Below are positions 1 through 11,331 of a stretch of 64,000 nucleotides of DNA, one piece after another; the stretch's first letter is position 1, and each line of letters opens with the position of its first letter. The position numbers and the translations under genes are program-made. Origin of the DNA: Vermamoeba vermiformis (Eukaryota); assembly GCA_045837725.1 (NCBI GenBank), contig JBEWZL010000044.1:248001-312000 (forward strand). The letters run 5' to 3'. The notes under the pieces were generated by a model. It ran no database searches. It worked only from the letters and a program-made list of their open reading frames with translations, and was not told the DNA's origin.

Positions 1-70
1 TATTTTAAAATTGGAAATAAAAAATAAAATATTTAATTTATAAAGCGTTGTAGATTTACTACTAACACTC

Positions 71-295
71 TTAAATATAAGGAGCACTACAAAATGTACA
101 TTTATCCTTTACGCAATTCGGGCAAAGACTCCTGAATCCTAATTCCGCGTTACAACTCGGGCATTTCTCAGATTCGCCGTTCATCACCATGCAACTAACA
201 GAGAGCCTTTCGAAGCACTTCTTGCATAAATCAGCTGATTGTTTTGATCGCTTTACTGGTGCTAGAGCTGCGCTCATTGGCGGTGCTAAGTCCAT
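71..295 (-). CDS. small Cys-rich protein with 4 CxxC pairs (CRIPT-like zinc-binding spacing)
   Basis: 74-aa ORF with CKKC..CPSC..CPNC..CTFC; same cysteine spacing as the ORF at 27974. Confidence 0.55.
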   Translation of the reverse strand: MDLAPPMSAALAPVKRSKQSADLCKKCFERLSVSCMVMNGESEKCPSCNAELGFRSLCPNCVKDKCTFCSAPYI

Positions 296-346
296 CTGCT
301 TTTTGGCTGGTAGATCTGCTTTAATTTGATAGTGGGCTATCCCTTA

Positions 347-1465
347 GTGTTACCGCCACATTGAAACTTCGAAACCAATCAACAAAACGGCTATTTTATT
401 TCAGCCAGATCGAAACCGCACACGACCAACCAAAAACTATTAATAATAACACCTTTTAATCGTTAAGTATTGAAGCAACAAGTATCAAAGATATTTTTAT
501 AAATGATAGTCAGTTTAAATGTCACGCAAGTTAAAGCCAGATTGCAAAATTAAATCCGCAAGATCTAACTCCCCTGATGCGGGAGGCTCTGATCTCTTCG
601 CGCCTTAGTATATATAATTTAAGTATAATTTAATGCATGAATATTTCCTTGTTTAGAGGTGCTCAGCTGAAAATCTGATATGATCAAAATTATTAACCGA
701 ATCTTCAATACCTGAGTTAATTTAACTTAACTTTCTTTAAAATCATGCTCAGCACACCCTATATTTAATATTATTATTGCAAATTCAGACTAAATATTTT
801 GGCTGTGTGATTGGCAAAATCCATCCGTGACACGCACCCGCGTACCTCCTTGAATTCCGTTAGAATAACTCCAAATCAACTCATTTTTTCCAAATTTTCA
901 TTTAATACTTTTCTACTTTATACTGAGGTCCACAGATACCGTGAAATCAAAACTTCGCAAGCAAATTCAAATCGAATCTTGGATTTGGGCGCAATTTTAA
1001 TTGAATGAGACAAATTTTCAATAATGGACGAATTTAATGCCGCTTTCTTCACGACCATATATAACACTGCTTTAAGTTGTAATATACATATTTTTGAAAC
1101 TTATTGGAGCCGACATAAGCCGACTACAGCGTGATCCGTTCTGCACCAAATCTGATCTTTGTTGAAAAATTTCAATTTCAGTTTAAAACGTCATAGACTT
1201 CAAATAATAATACACGGACACGATGAATTGGTTAAAAAACGGGTGTAGGAATAAAATAATGACAGATTCAGATTTGAAAACAGATATGACTTTAATTAAC
1301 ATTAATTACCTCACAAATGCCGAAAGTGGCTTATCCTCAGGTCCAATAAGCGAAGTACTTAATAAATTTCAAAAGTTTTTGGTCAGTCGTGTGCGGTTTT
1401 GATCTGGCTGAAATAAAATAGCCGTTTTGTTGATTGGTTTCGAAGTTTCAATGTGGCGGTAACAC
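347..1465. mobile_element. non-autonomous TIR DNA transposon, PIF/Harbinger-like (TTA TSD)
   Basis: About 90-bp near-perfect terminal inverted repeats (GTGTTACCGCCACATTGAAACTTCG... at 347; reverse complement ending at 1465). TTA flanks both sides (344-346, 1466-1468). No transposase ORF. Confidence 0.85.
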
Positions 1466-1886
1466 TTAGTAATTAAACAATAGTCAATCGTTGTGTTGAC
1501 GAATTTTAGTTCTATTTCAGTTTTGGGCAATATCAGTTGATCCGTCTGGCCACCAACACAAACACAATAGCACATTAATTAATTTCCTTTTTGGCTCGAT
1601 GAAAATAGTCTTGATAGCATAAAAATAAGCAATAATGGCCGCTAAATTACCCATTGTAAGCAATGTACTTTGTAATTCGCTAGGTTTGAAGTCTCGCACT
1701 GAAATTAAATTATTAAGCTAATTATATTATTTATCTGAAATATTATTAATAATGCCTGCATAAAATACCAGCATATTCCTTTTTTCAAGACAGATTTTTT
1801 TTGAATTCCTTTTTAATTAATTTTTAGCAGACATCGGTTTAGCTAATCCATATTACTATTAATTATAGGCGAAACTTCCGCATAAA

Positions 1887-3032
1887 GTGAGTGAATTACT
1901 TCGCGCTGGTCAGCCTTTTTTAATTACAGCAAAGACCGTCCTGATCCCAATTTACGAGCACACCAACGAGCAGTTAGAGTTACTACGTGATATATTAAAA
2001 GACAATACTACAGTAGTTACTTTAGATATTACTATTGGAAAAAACGATGCTGACAGATCTTTTCAGCTCATCAGCGACATCTTGCAAACAAACAAAAGTA
2101 TTGACAGTTTGATGTTACAAGGACACTCCATTAACGATGAATATATGAAGACCTTATTTATAGGCCTATCACAGAACAAGACGATCAAAAAAATTGTGGT
2201 TCATTCTAGATTTGGATCGCAAGGCTTTTATTATTTGTCAGAACTGCTCAAAATCTCTTCAACGCTATCATATATAAATATACATTACGATGGCGATATA
2301 GATAGTCAATCAATCAAATATTTAAGCACCGCGTTGAAGATCAACTCATCTCTTAGAACTTTAATTCTACGAGCGCGGGTCAAAAGTGTTGATATACTAG
2401 GCGAAGCATTATTATATAATACGACATTAAGGCTATTGCAATTTAATTTTCAATCACAAGAAGTCACCGACGAAGAAGTTGAATCCTTTTGCCGATCTAT
2501 TGAAAGAAACGTTGGCTTAGAGACCTTAACTATGCATGCGCCATCAATATATACGCATAGAATATTAAAGAGCTTTACTATCAACAATACAGTATCAAAT
2601 CTTGGCTTGACGAGTTACGGCTCAAAATTGGATTTGACAGCAGATGACGAAAGTTGGATCCGCGAAATTAAAGGATTAACTTATGTAGATGGAGCACATG
2701 AGATATTAGATCGTGTATTATTGGATAATAAGCGAGTTATCAAGCATCGAAGAGAAGACTTGAAAATTTTATTATTCAACATCGCCAGATCTGCAACCGC
2801 GTTAGAATTATTTCCGATTGAAATATGGCAACATATATTTAAGTTCTTAGTGTACCCAGGTATATATGTCGGAGATCTAGCCGAGATTATATTTCCGAAA
2901 GCTTGGACGCTAGATTTTACAGTCGACAAGAAGAACAATATTGTTAGCCAGAATAACGCTATACACAATAATAATACGCGTAATAATGATAATAGTAGTA
3001 GTAAGAGCTCGAAATTATGTGTACTATTGTAA
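1887..3032 (+). CDS. RNI-like leucine-rich-repeat protein with C-terminal F-box-like motif and CaaX box (5' end uncertain)
   Basis: Repeats such as LQTNKSIDSLML, LKINSSLRTLIL; LELFPIEIWQHIFKFL; ends CVLL. GTGAGT at 1887 may be an intron donor, so the real start may lie upstream. Confidence 0.7.
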   Translation: MSELLRAGQPFLITAKTVLIPIYEHTNEQLELLRDILKDNTTVVTLDITIGKNDADRSFQLISDILQTNKSIDSLMLQGHSINDEYMKTLFIGLSQNKTIKKIVVHSRFGSQGFYYLSELLKISSTLSYINIHYDGDIDSQSIKYLSTALKINSSLRTLILRARVKSVDILGEALLYNTTLRLLQFNFQSQEVTDEEVESFCRSIERNVGLETLTMHAPSIYTHRILKSFTINNTVSNLGLTSYGSKLDLTADDESWIREIKGLTYVDGAHEILDRVLLDNKRVIKHRREDLKILLFNIARSATALELFPIEIWQHIFKFLVYPGIYVGDLAEIIFPKAWTLDFTVDKKNNIVSQNNAIHNNNTRNNDNSSSKSSKLCVLL

Positions 3033-3263
3033 ATAACTGTAACAGTAAATTTGATCCAGATCGAGATCCCAGTTTAACTTCCAAACACTTATCCTAATAG
3101 CTCCTCAACAAAATTTTCCTTGTTGGTATTAATAATAGGAAGGCCTACCTTATTAAAAGACAACCAAGCGGATCGTTCAGAACCGACGATCGGGACTTTA
3201 AAAAGCCAAGCGTGCACCAGTAATTTAAACCGAACGCTTTTATTCGATTATTATTTCCTCGAA

Positions 3264-5099
3264 TTATTTGCTATGAAAAGCAGGAACTGTTTCAAACACG
3301 CCTTTGACTTTCTCGTACGTAAAGAAAAACAGCGCTGAATTGAAGGTCAGTCGCCAAAATGAGGGACCTAGACCCTTGTAAAACCCTTTAAAGCCTTCAT
3401 AACTACAACAATATATTAAAATCTATAATTAAAGTCGAATAATTATCGCTAGATCTGCTACGTACTGCATAATTTTTTTGACCGCATCCATCGACCCAGT
3501 ATATTTTACTTCATGATGTGCTCGTTGTTCCTATTATATTAATTATATATAAATACCTTCTCGCTATATTATATTATTATCTTGTTCTTACTTGTAACCG
3601 TGCTTTCACTACGCCTAACGGATGTGTACTTAACATTGCAGCAATTTTACTCAGCCCACCTGCAACAAAACTAACTGCTCCTCCCTAAATAGGCTATAGT
3701 TAAATATACTATTATAGTAATATAATATAATTTAACGTATCGTACTGTTTTCTGATTCTCTTCTTTGAACACGCGCATGACGGTCTCGTACACGGCAAAT
3801 TGTACGGCGCCGTGATACGATGCTAATAGTGCTGGGACTATGCCCTAATTAGGAAATAATCATCAGGTGAGTAGTGCGTTCGCGGCTAATGAACGATGAT
3901 TTGACAAGTGTCATTGTTCATGAACGAAAAATACCTTGTAATATGCTTTGAAACCTTCTTCTCGCTTTATCCGCACAAATGCGTCTATAATAATAAATTG
4001 TTATTAATGTCGTTCATATTAATCGAAAAAGAGATGCGGGATCCGGATCCAGAAAATCAAACAAAAACGTAAAAAGTTCAAATGATATGTCATTTGATAA
4101 TATGTATATTACCAAATATGGTAAATACAGTTATTTATATTACGTACCAATGAGCCCTTTGTAATGCAAGCTGTGGTGGCTGGGATTGTTGTAATGAATT
4201 TGCATGCGCGTCTTAACGACCCAAATCGGATTAGTCAGCACTGCTGTCACCGCACCTAATTTGGAAAGTGTTACTATATTTGGTAATCGAGCGGAATTTC
4301 TCGAGGGCGAGTCGTACCTGCAGCAACACCGCAGACTAAAGTATGAGATATTGATTTCTTTTGTGCTTTTTCTTCCATTCTCGTCTTCAAATTATTATAT
4401 CTGTCATATTAAATATTAATTTTAAGTCTTAAAATAGCTACAAAATTATAAACCGGTGAGCAGATCCAATTTCAAATAATTTTAACTCTGTTGCTCTATT
4501 AAATAAGAGTATAAATATAGCATGATGTACTTACACATATAAATAGATGCCCCATGAGACTGAAGCCCCTAAAATAGCTGCAGCAGAGCCTTTGTACAAG
4601 CCGCGAACTCCTTCTTGATGAAAAATTCCGCGTAGAGCCGATAAAGTGCTAGTATAACGTGTAACATTCGTCCTCCGACCGTCGTGCACTGAAAATTATT
4701 TAATTAATCGGTGCAAATATTAATTTTAATTTTGTAGCGCGTGACACGAGGAGAAAATTTGGAGATCAGATCCAAAATTTTTATAAAATAGCCATTGCGA
4801 GTAAAAAGTTGATGTATTATAGAAATAGCAATAATTAAGTGCACAGAAAATTTGTTAAATTAATAAATAATTATTCGGTCAACTCTAATAAATTAATTTT
4901 CAGATCTGCTTTGGTAATTACCTTGAAACCGTGTTTTTACAACATCCAGTGGATATAATATAATAGTATTTAATATAGACGCGGACATGCCCGATAGCGC
5001 ATGACCAAGTGAGTTCAGCTTAATCGGAGGGCGGATCTGTTGTTCTTGAACCTCCGTCTGCTCGCTAATATTAGGTTGTGCTTCTTGTTTATCAGACAT
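3264..5099 (-). CDS. mitochondrial carrier (SLC25), folate/FAD carrier-like, multi-exon
   Basis: Three Px[DE]xx[KR]x[KR]-type motifs in spliced exons (YPLDVVKTRFQ, NPIWVVKTRMQ, HPLGVVKARLQ), plus EGVRGLYKG and EGFKGFYKG. Confidence 0.9.
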
Positions 5100-5487
5100 C
5101 TCTAGTCTTATTAAAATAATGGATGGCTCAAAATAAGTTCCGTCAAACAGGCAACAAACCTTTTTGTAGTAAATACAACAAGAGCGAACAATTTTATTAA
5201 TATTCAACATGGTGCTACAATATTAATTAATATTACTTTCGTTATCTACGCCACGCCAACTGAGCTGAAAAGCGATCGCGCCAACACATCCAACAAAAAT
5301 TCAAAATTAAAATTCAGTGCTACAGCTTTGAATTAAATTCAAATATCATGAACGAGTTACCACATGTAATTAATTATGTCCTTTATTGAAGAACACGTGT
5401 GCAATTCACTTTCTGTCCCTTTCAACAACATCCACAATCAATTGCCAGATCTAAATTCCTCCACTTAGAATCAACAATACCTCTGCA

Positions 5488-7388
5488 ATGGATGTCGAGA
5501 AATTTCAAGAAGTACCCGTGAAAACAGTAGGCGACGATGTTTCGAAGCCTTTTCAGCACTATGAAGAACTAAATCTGCCAGAACCTATTGCTGCCAATGT
5601 GCTGACGACTTATAAAGTCCCAACACTAGTACAAAAATACACTATCCCTATTATATTGGAAGGACGCGATTTATTTGTTTGCTCTGCGACTGGTAATTTA
5701 TTTCGGATTTGTTTCAAAGTTTTCCTTGCCACTCTTTGCAATTAAAATATGGCAACTTTTTATCAATTATTTTGCTATTCTATTAACAGATGTTCAATTC
5801 TGAATTATTTCTTGTTCAGGATCTGGCACGACAGCTGCTTACTTGCTGCCTCTAATTACCAAACTTTCGCGCGAAGAGCAGATACCTTCGTCACCTAGTG
5901 TAAGCATATGTCATATTACTATTGAAGTATAGACTCGCGTCACTTGTGACTAATGGATCGCAGAGCACTAACGCCGCATCTCCGAAATGCTTAATTTTGG
6001 CTCCAATTCGTGCCGTGGCCTATAAAATCCTTGCAAAAGCTCGCCAGGTAATTATCCTTATTAAAATGAATAGTCTTCTGCTTAGATCGCCTTAATTACT
6101 GCAGTTCCAATGTTGAAATTGAATAAGAATTAATTACATTCAAACGGAATTAATAATATGTGTTCCAATGCTCACGTCTATTTTTGTAGTGGGGGGATCT
6201 GGTCAATTTGAAGGCTTGTGCTACTTGTGGCGGCGAATCTTTCGATGCTCAATTCAAAGAACTCAGCGAAGGCTGTGACATTCTCATCTCTACTCCCGGT
6301 CGTCTCGTGGGCCTGATTAACCGTGGCTATGTATCTTTGTCCAAAGTCAAGTACTTTTGCCTGGATGGAGCGGATACTCTGCTCGATCTGGGCTTTGAAC
6401 CGGATATACGAGTCATAGCTGAACAGAAGGACATGCCTGCCGTAGGCTTTCGTCAAACAGTGCTGTTCTCAGCGACTCTCCCAAAGCAGGTTCAACGGCT
6501 GGCGCAAGATCTACTCACTGACCTGATTTTTGTGCACGTGGGTGCTGTAGCCACCAGCAGTCCGATTACACAAAAGGTTCTGCACGTCAATGATAACAAA
6601 CACACTGCCCTTGTCGATGCCTTGAATGGCGTCAATGGACCTACGGCTGGTAAGCAGTCCTAATTAAGTTTTATTAAGACGAAGTTCGGATCTTGCTCTG
6701 ATCCGATTTTTTTATTGGTTGGTCTTGACGATCGTATCTAACGTAGTCTATAGTATTTGTTCTGATGCGGAAAACTGTGAAAGAAGTTGACGAGTTTCTC
6801 TCGGGCACTATGGGCCTGCCGTCGATCAGCATCCGCAGTGACCAATCACAAGCTGACCGAAGCGCCGCTCTGGCCAAGTTCGAGTCAGGCGAGCGATCTA
6901 TCATCGTTTGCACTGACGTTACTGCCCGCGGCTTACCCATATCCCGGCTCGCGCACGTGATTAACTACGATATGCCGTTGACCATTGACGACTATAAGCA
7001 CCGCATTGGCCGGGCACGTGGAGACAAATCTGGCGTGGCGACAACTTTTTTCACGAAAAATGACAAGCACCTTGCTAAGGACCTCATTGCGGTGTTAGAG
7101 GCGTCACAACAGGAAGTCCCTGAGTGGCTCAGAGAATATGCCCCTAATCGTGCCGCTGACAACGATAGCACGCACAGCCGAACTTACGGTGGTCGTGGTC
7201 GTGGTAGCAGAGGTCGTGGTTATGGCTCCAGCGCTCCTGTGCGGGGAGGTCGTGGTGCCAATCATAAAGAGCAGCATGACGGACAGAACAATAATCAGAA
7301 CGATACAAGTGCATCCAGTAATGATAATGGAAGCAGTAGTGGCTCCGACATCAATAACAAATCTAAACCAGATAGTAATTGGTGGTAG
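5488..7388 (+). CDS. Ded1/DDX3-like DEAD-box protein with degenerate catalytic motifs (probable pseudo-helicase)
   Basis: PTLVQKY, GRDL, TPGRL, LDLGFEPDIR, FSAT, TARGL, VINYDMP, HRIGR; RGG tail and terminal SNWW. Spliced Walker A reads ATGSGTT and motif II reads DGAD. Confidence 0.85.
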
Positions 7389-7435
7389 ATGGAATAAAGT
7401 ATAGGTTAATATTGGATCTAGATCCAACAGATCGT

Positions 7436-7557
7436 CTGTCCGTAAGCGTATCGCCGTAATGCGGCGCGTTTGCCTTTTGATACGGCATCCTTTGCTGTCC
7501 GTAAGCGTACCACACGTGCAGGGCGTTTGCCTTTTGATAAGGCATCCTTTTGCTGTC
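7436..7557. repeat. about 2.1 copies of a 58-59-bp tandem repeat with a variable core
   Basis: CTGTCCGTAAGCGTA-[variable]-GCGTTTGCCTTTTGATAnGGCATCCTTTG repeated at 7436 and 7495. Confidence 0.85.
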
Positions 7558-8079
7558 TTCGTATCATACAACGCTACAGGTAAGTTGCTGGTGATCGTCT
7601 TCCACCGCTGGCTAGTAAGTCCTTCTCCTCGATCTGGCATTTCATTTCCACCGAGTTACGCCACACACACAACAACTGAACACCGTAATTATCTTCTATA
7701 TTGGTACTATGTGATCTATAATATCTCTGAAATGTATTCTTGAGTGCGGGAGATGTGATCAAGGCCCGTGTAACGGAAGAAATATTCTCTAACGGTCACA
7801 TTCACGAAACAAATCATGATTCTCTTGTATGGCTTTTAAACTGGTACGGTTAAGGAAATATTTCGTTACCGATTTTTTTAGTTTGATTATTGAACGGTTT
7901 TTCTATTGTGCGCGTGAGGCAAGGCTATCACCTGATAATTTAGTAAATCCGACCAAAAATCGCTGAAATATCAGTAATATTTGTCATTGTTTGCCGTTTA
8001 AAAAATATATAAATACGCTTTTGCGACAGTCTTATTTAAAATCAATAATACAAAGCGAATAACAACATCTGAACAAAAG

Positions 8080-9944
8080 ATGAAACATACAAAACTACTT
8101 TTGTTCGCAATCCTAGTTCTTGTAGGACTTGTGACAAGCAATATTTTACATACTAAGAGTACCACAACGGAGTCCCAACCCGAGCTCGATGATCAGAAAT
8201 CTGGCTCAACTTTAGACGCTGCCAAGAGCAAGCTCAAGGAGGTTGCTGAACGCGCTAAGAGCATGTTCACCGGAACCAAGGACCGTGTGAAGCAAGAAGG
8301 CGAGAAGGCTTACGAGACTGGTCGTGAAGGTAAGTCAGATTCACGAAGCAAATTGCTTTGGTGCGCGATCAAGATGCAGCTTTGCTAATCATGAAATCTT
8401 CTAGGCTTTCAAGAGTTCAAACAAGACGCCAAGGACATGTACGAGGGTCTCAAGGCTATGGGCAGTGACGGAATTAAGGCCGATGAGGAGAAGCGCGATC
8501 AAGCTTGCCGTATCTGTGCTGAGTTGACTCAAAAACTCGGTGGCCCGGCTGCCTACGACTATCCTGAGCGCCTCAAGAGCAAGGTTCGCACTTGGGATGA
8601 AGACAGAGCTCAACAAGCCGGATCTTCAGATTGGGCTGAGACCGTCAAGGAGAAGGCCACAGATGCGTACGAGACCGTCAAGGACAAGGTCAAGCAAGGC
8701 TACGAGACTGTTAAAGAAAAGGCTGAAGATCTTACCGACAAGGCTAAAGAAAGTTTCGAGCAAATGAAGCACCACGGCAAAGAAAGCTCAGATGCAGGCT
8801 ACGAACGCATGAAGGGCAAGGCTGAAGAGGCTTACGATACATTGCGCCACTCTGGAGAAGGTCTGAAAGAGTACGGCCGCGACAAGTACGAGAACGCCAA
8901 GGGAGATCTCAGAGATTATTACGAAGCCATGAAAGGCAAGGCTGGTCGTGCGCGTGAAGAGCTCAAGGAAGGTTCGCGCGCTAACTTTGACGAGGCCACT
9001 GGCAAGACTCAAACTGTCATTGAGAAGCTCGGTCAAAAGTTGGGCTTGAAGAAGGATCACGACTACGACGAATCCACCGGCAAATACCGCCAAGACGCTT
9101 TTGAACGTGAACGCGCTAACATTAACCGCGACACTACTGCTCACAGACTGAAGGAGCGCGTTGAAGAAATGCCCGAGAACATCCGCGGAAAGGCCTCAGA
9201 TTTGAAGAACGACATTGAAGACAAGGCTAAATACGCTGCTTACAAGACCAAGGAGAACATCAAGGACTTCGGCGAGCGTGTTTCTGACAAGGCTGAGGAC
9301 TTGGCTGATAAGGCCAAGGACCGATTCAACCAAGCCAAGGACACCATCAAGGACGTCGGATCTGAAGCTGGCGAGCGATTGAGAAACTTCGGCAAGCGCG
9401 CCAAGGATGCTGTTGAAGACCGCACTGAAGACATTAAAGAAAAGGCCGCTGAAGGCTGGGAGAAGACTAAGGACGTCGCCGAGACTTTGAAGGACAAGGC
9501 CGTCGAATCCGCTGAAACTTTGAAGGACAAGGCCGAGAACGGCGCCGAGTACATCAAGGAGAAGGCTGCTAATGGCTGGGAGAAGACTAAGGACGTCGCT
9601 GAGACCTTGAAGGACAAGGCTGAAGACGCTGCTGACACCTTGAAAGAGAAGGCCGCTGAAGGCTGGGAGAAGACTAAGGACGTCGCTGAGACTGTCAAGG
9701 ACAAGACTGTCGAAGGTACGTCATCAAAGTCACGATCCACATGACCGTTTCATATTAAAGTTACTAATCAACTATGGTAATAGGTGCTGAGACTTTGAAG
9801 GACAAAGTTTTGCACGGCGTTGAAAAGGCCGCTGACAAGACTTGCGAAGGCGCTCAATACGTGAAAAAGAAGGCTGAGGGCATGGAAGGTCCTCAAAAGA
9901 GCTTGTTGGACAGAATTAAGGCTCGATTCGGCTTGGGCAAGTAG
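8080..9944 (+). CDS. secreted LEA (group 3)-like hydrophilic repeat protein
   Basis: Signal peptide MKHTKLLLFAILVLVGLVTS; 11-mer repeats (TKDVAETLKDK, AAEGWEKTKD); introns at about 8330-8404 and 9716-9783. Confidence 0.85.
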
Positions 9945-10300
9945 ATGCCAGGCGATATCGAAACGAAAATTTGTTACAACATTTTTCAATACCTTTAAAC
10001 TAATGTTTATATCTCAATAAATCATAAAAATTTAATTACGTAACTGCTCCTACTATTTACTTAAAGCTTACATAATTGGTTAAAGTGTCGTATTGAACTC
10101 CGAGGACGATGCTCGTATTACACGCTGCGCGTTGTTCAATGAGCCTCAATGCGAACAAAAATGAACGTTAAGATGTCCTACGAATATAAGCAGCACTAAT
10201 GCTGATGAACCGAGTTCAATTTAAATCAAATCTGCGACCGCCAAGTTTTGTACCGGATTAGAAAAGGCAATTGCATTTTCAAACTAAAACGAAACACCAA

Positions 10301-10528
10301 ATGTCCGATATAGAATACTTTATCGAACGCAACCAAGTAACAAAACAAGAGTTCGATGCCTTTCACGCTCAGTTAGGCGAATCTAATTTTTTGGGATGCG
10401 CTAAATTGCCGGGAGGAGGAAAGTCTATGAGCAAAGCTGTCCATAAAGTAGATAATAAGTCGTATTTTATCATCAAGTCCACGAAGAATGGTTGTCATCA
10501 ACATAAAATTAAATTAGCGAGTGACTAA
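10301..10528 (+). CDS. small hypothetical protein (75 aa)
   Basis: ATG after an A-rich leader, single exon, AATAAA downstream. Confidence 0.5.
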   Translation: MSDIEYFIERNQVTKQEFDAFHAQLGESNFLGCAKLPGGGKSMSKAVHKVDNKSYFIIKSTKNGCHQHKIKLASD

Positions 10529-10643
10529 ACCGGATGTAGCGCCAAAGAATTAGAAAATAAATGTATAAATTTTATTAATTATATCATGGAGTTTTTCTGC
10601 GTTACAAAAGCAGAACGATCTGAATATTGCGGCCGATATTTTT

Positions 10644-11204
10644 TCAAACCCAAAAAGAATTCTTGATCAAAAACAAACACAATGCCAAAATCTTCAAGTT
10701 TAGATAGCGTTAGTGCTATTGCTGTAACAACACATATGAAAGGTAGCAATGACAACAATATACCGGTTAATGTTGCAACAAAAATACGTCGTTGAATTTT
10801 GCCTTGGCTAGCCGTTTCAGTTCAATGAAAGACAGGTAATAAATTTAAATAGGCACAATATTTTGTCACTATTGCGCTAATTATTTTATTATTACTTATA
10901 TTACACTCACAAAAAATTCATTTCAAATAAAAATGAAATAAAAATTAATTCCATCCGTTTTTAAAGTAAAGAAGCGTATTGATTTGTTAGATTTGCCGTA
11001 TATTAAATTGATTATTAGTGCTAGATAATGAACCCAGCGAAGAATGACTTGCCTTGCGGATGGGATGAGAAGAGCTCGTTCGGTTGCGCTGAGCTTGCTG
11101 TCAACACTACCATTCAACGGCTACATTACCGTGCTTGTTCCAGATATTGAACTTCGGGAATTAGTAACAACATTGTTACGCGCTGTGGTTCGTGTAATGG
11201 TCAT
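10644..11204 (-). CDS. possible small membrane protein, exon structure unresolved
   Basis: Reverse-strand frame 10644-10825 reads RRIFVATLTGILLSLLPFICVVTAIALTLS; upstream exons could not be joined convincingly. Confidence 0.25.
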
Positions 11205-11331
11205 ACGGGTAATTTTTATCCGGATTCAAACTCTTTTCAAAGTTTCGCGTTTTTAGTCATTACTTTTTGACAGGCGATATAAAAACTGACATTATTATAG
11301 TAGAATTGGATAGTAGACATCAACAGGCGCG

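Noticed and set aside
7436-7557. CRISPR-like repeat-spacer array
   Set aside because: Only about two units, 13-15-nt variable parts, no cas genes, eukaryotic context
8788-9740. long antisense ORFs over the LEA gene (similarly over PUF, Clu-LRR and NSUN2)
   Set aside because: Shadow frames caused by codon bias and repeats of the sense gene
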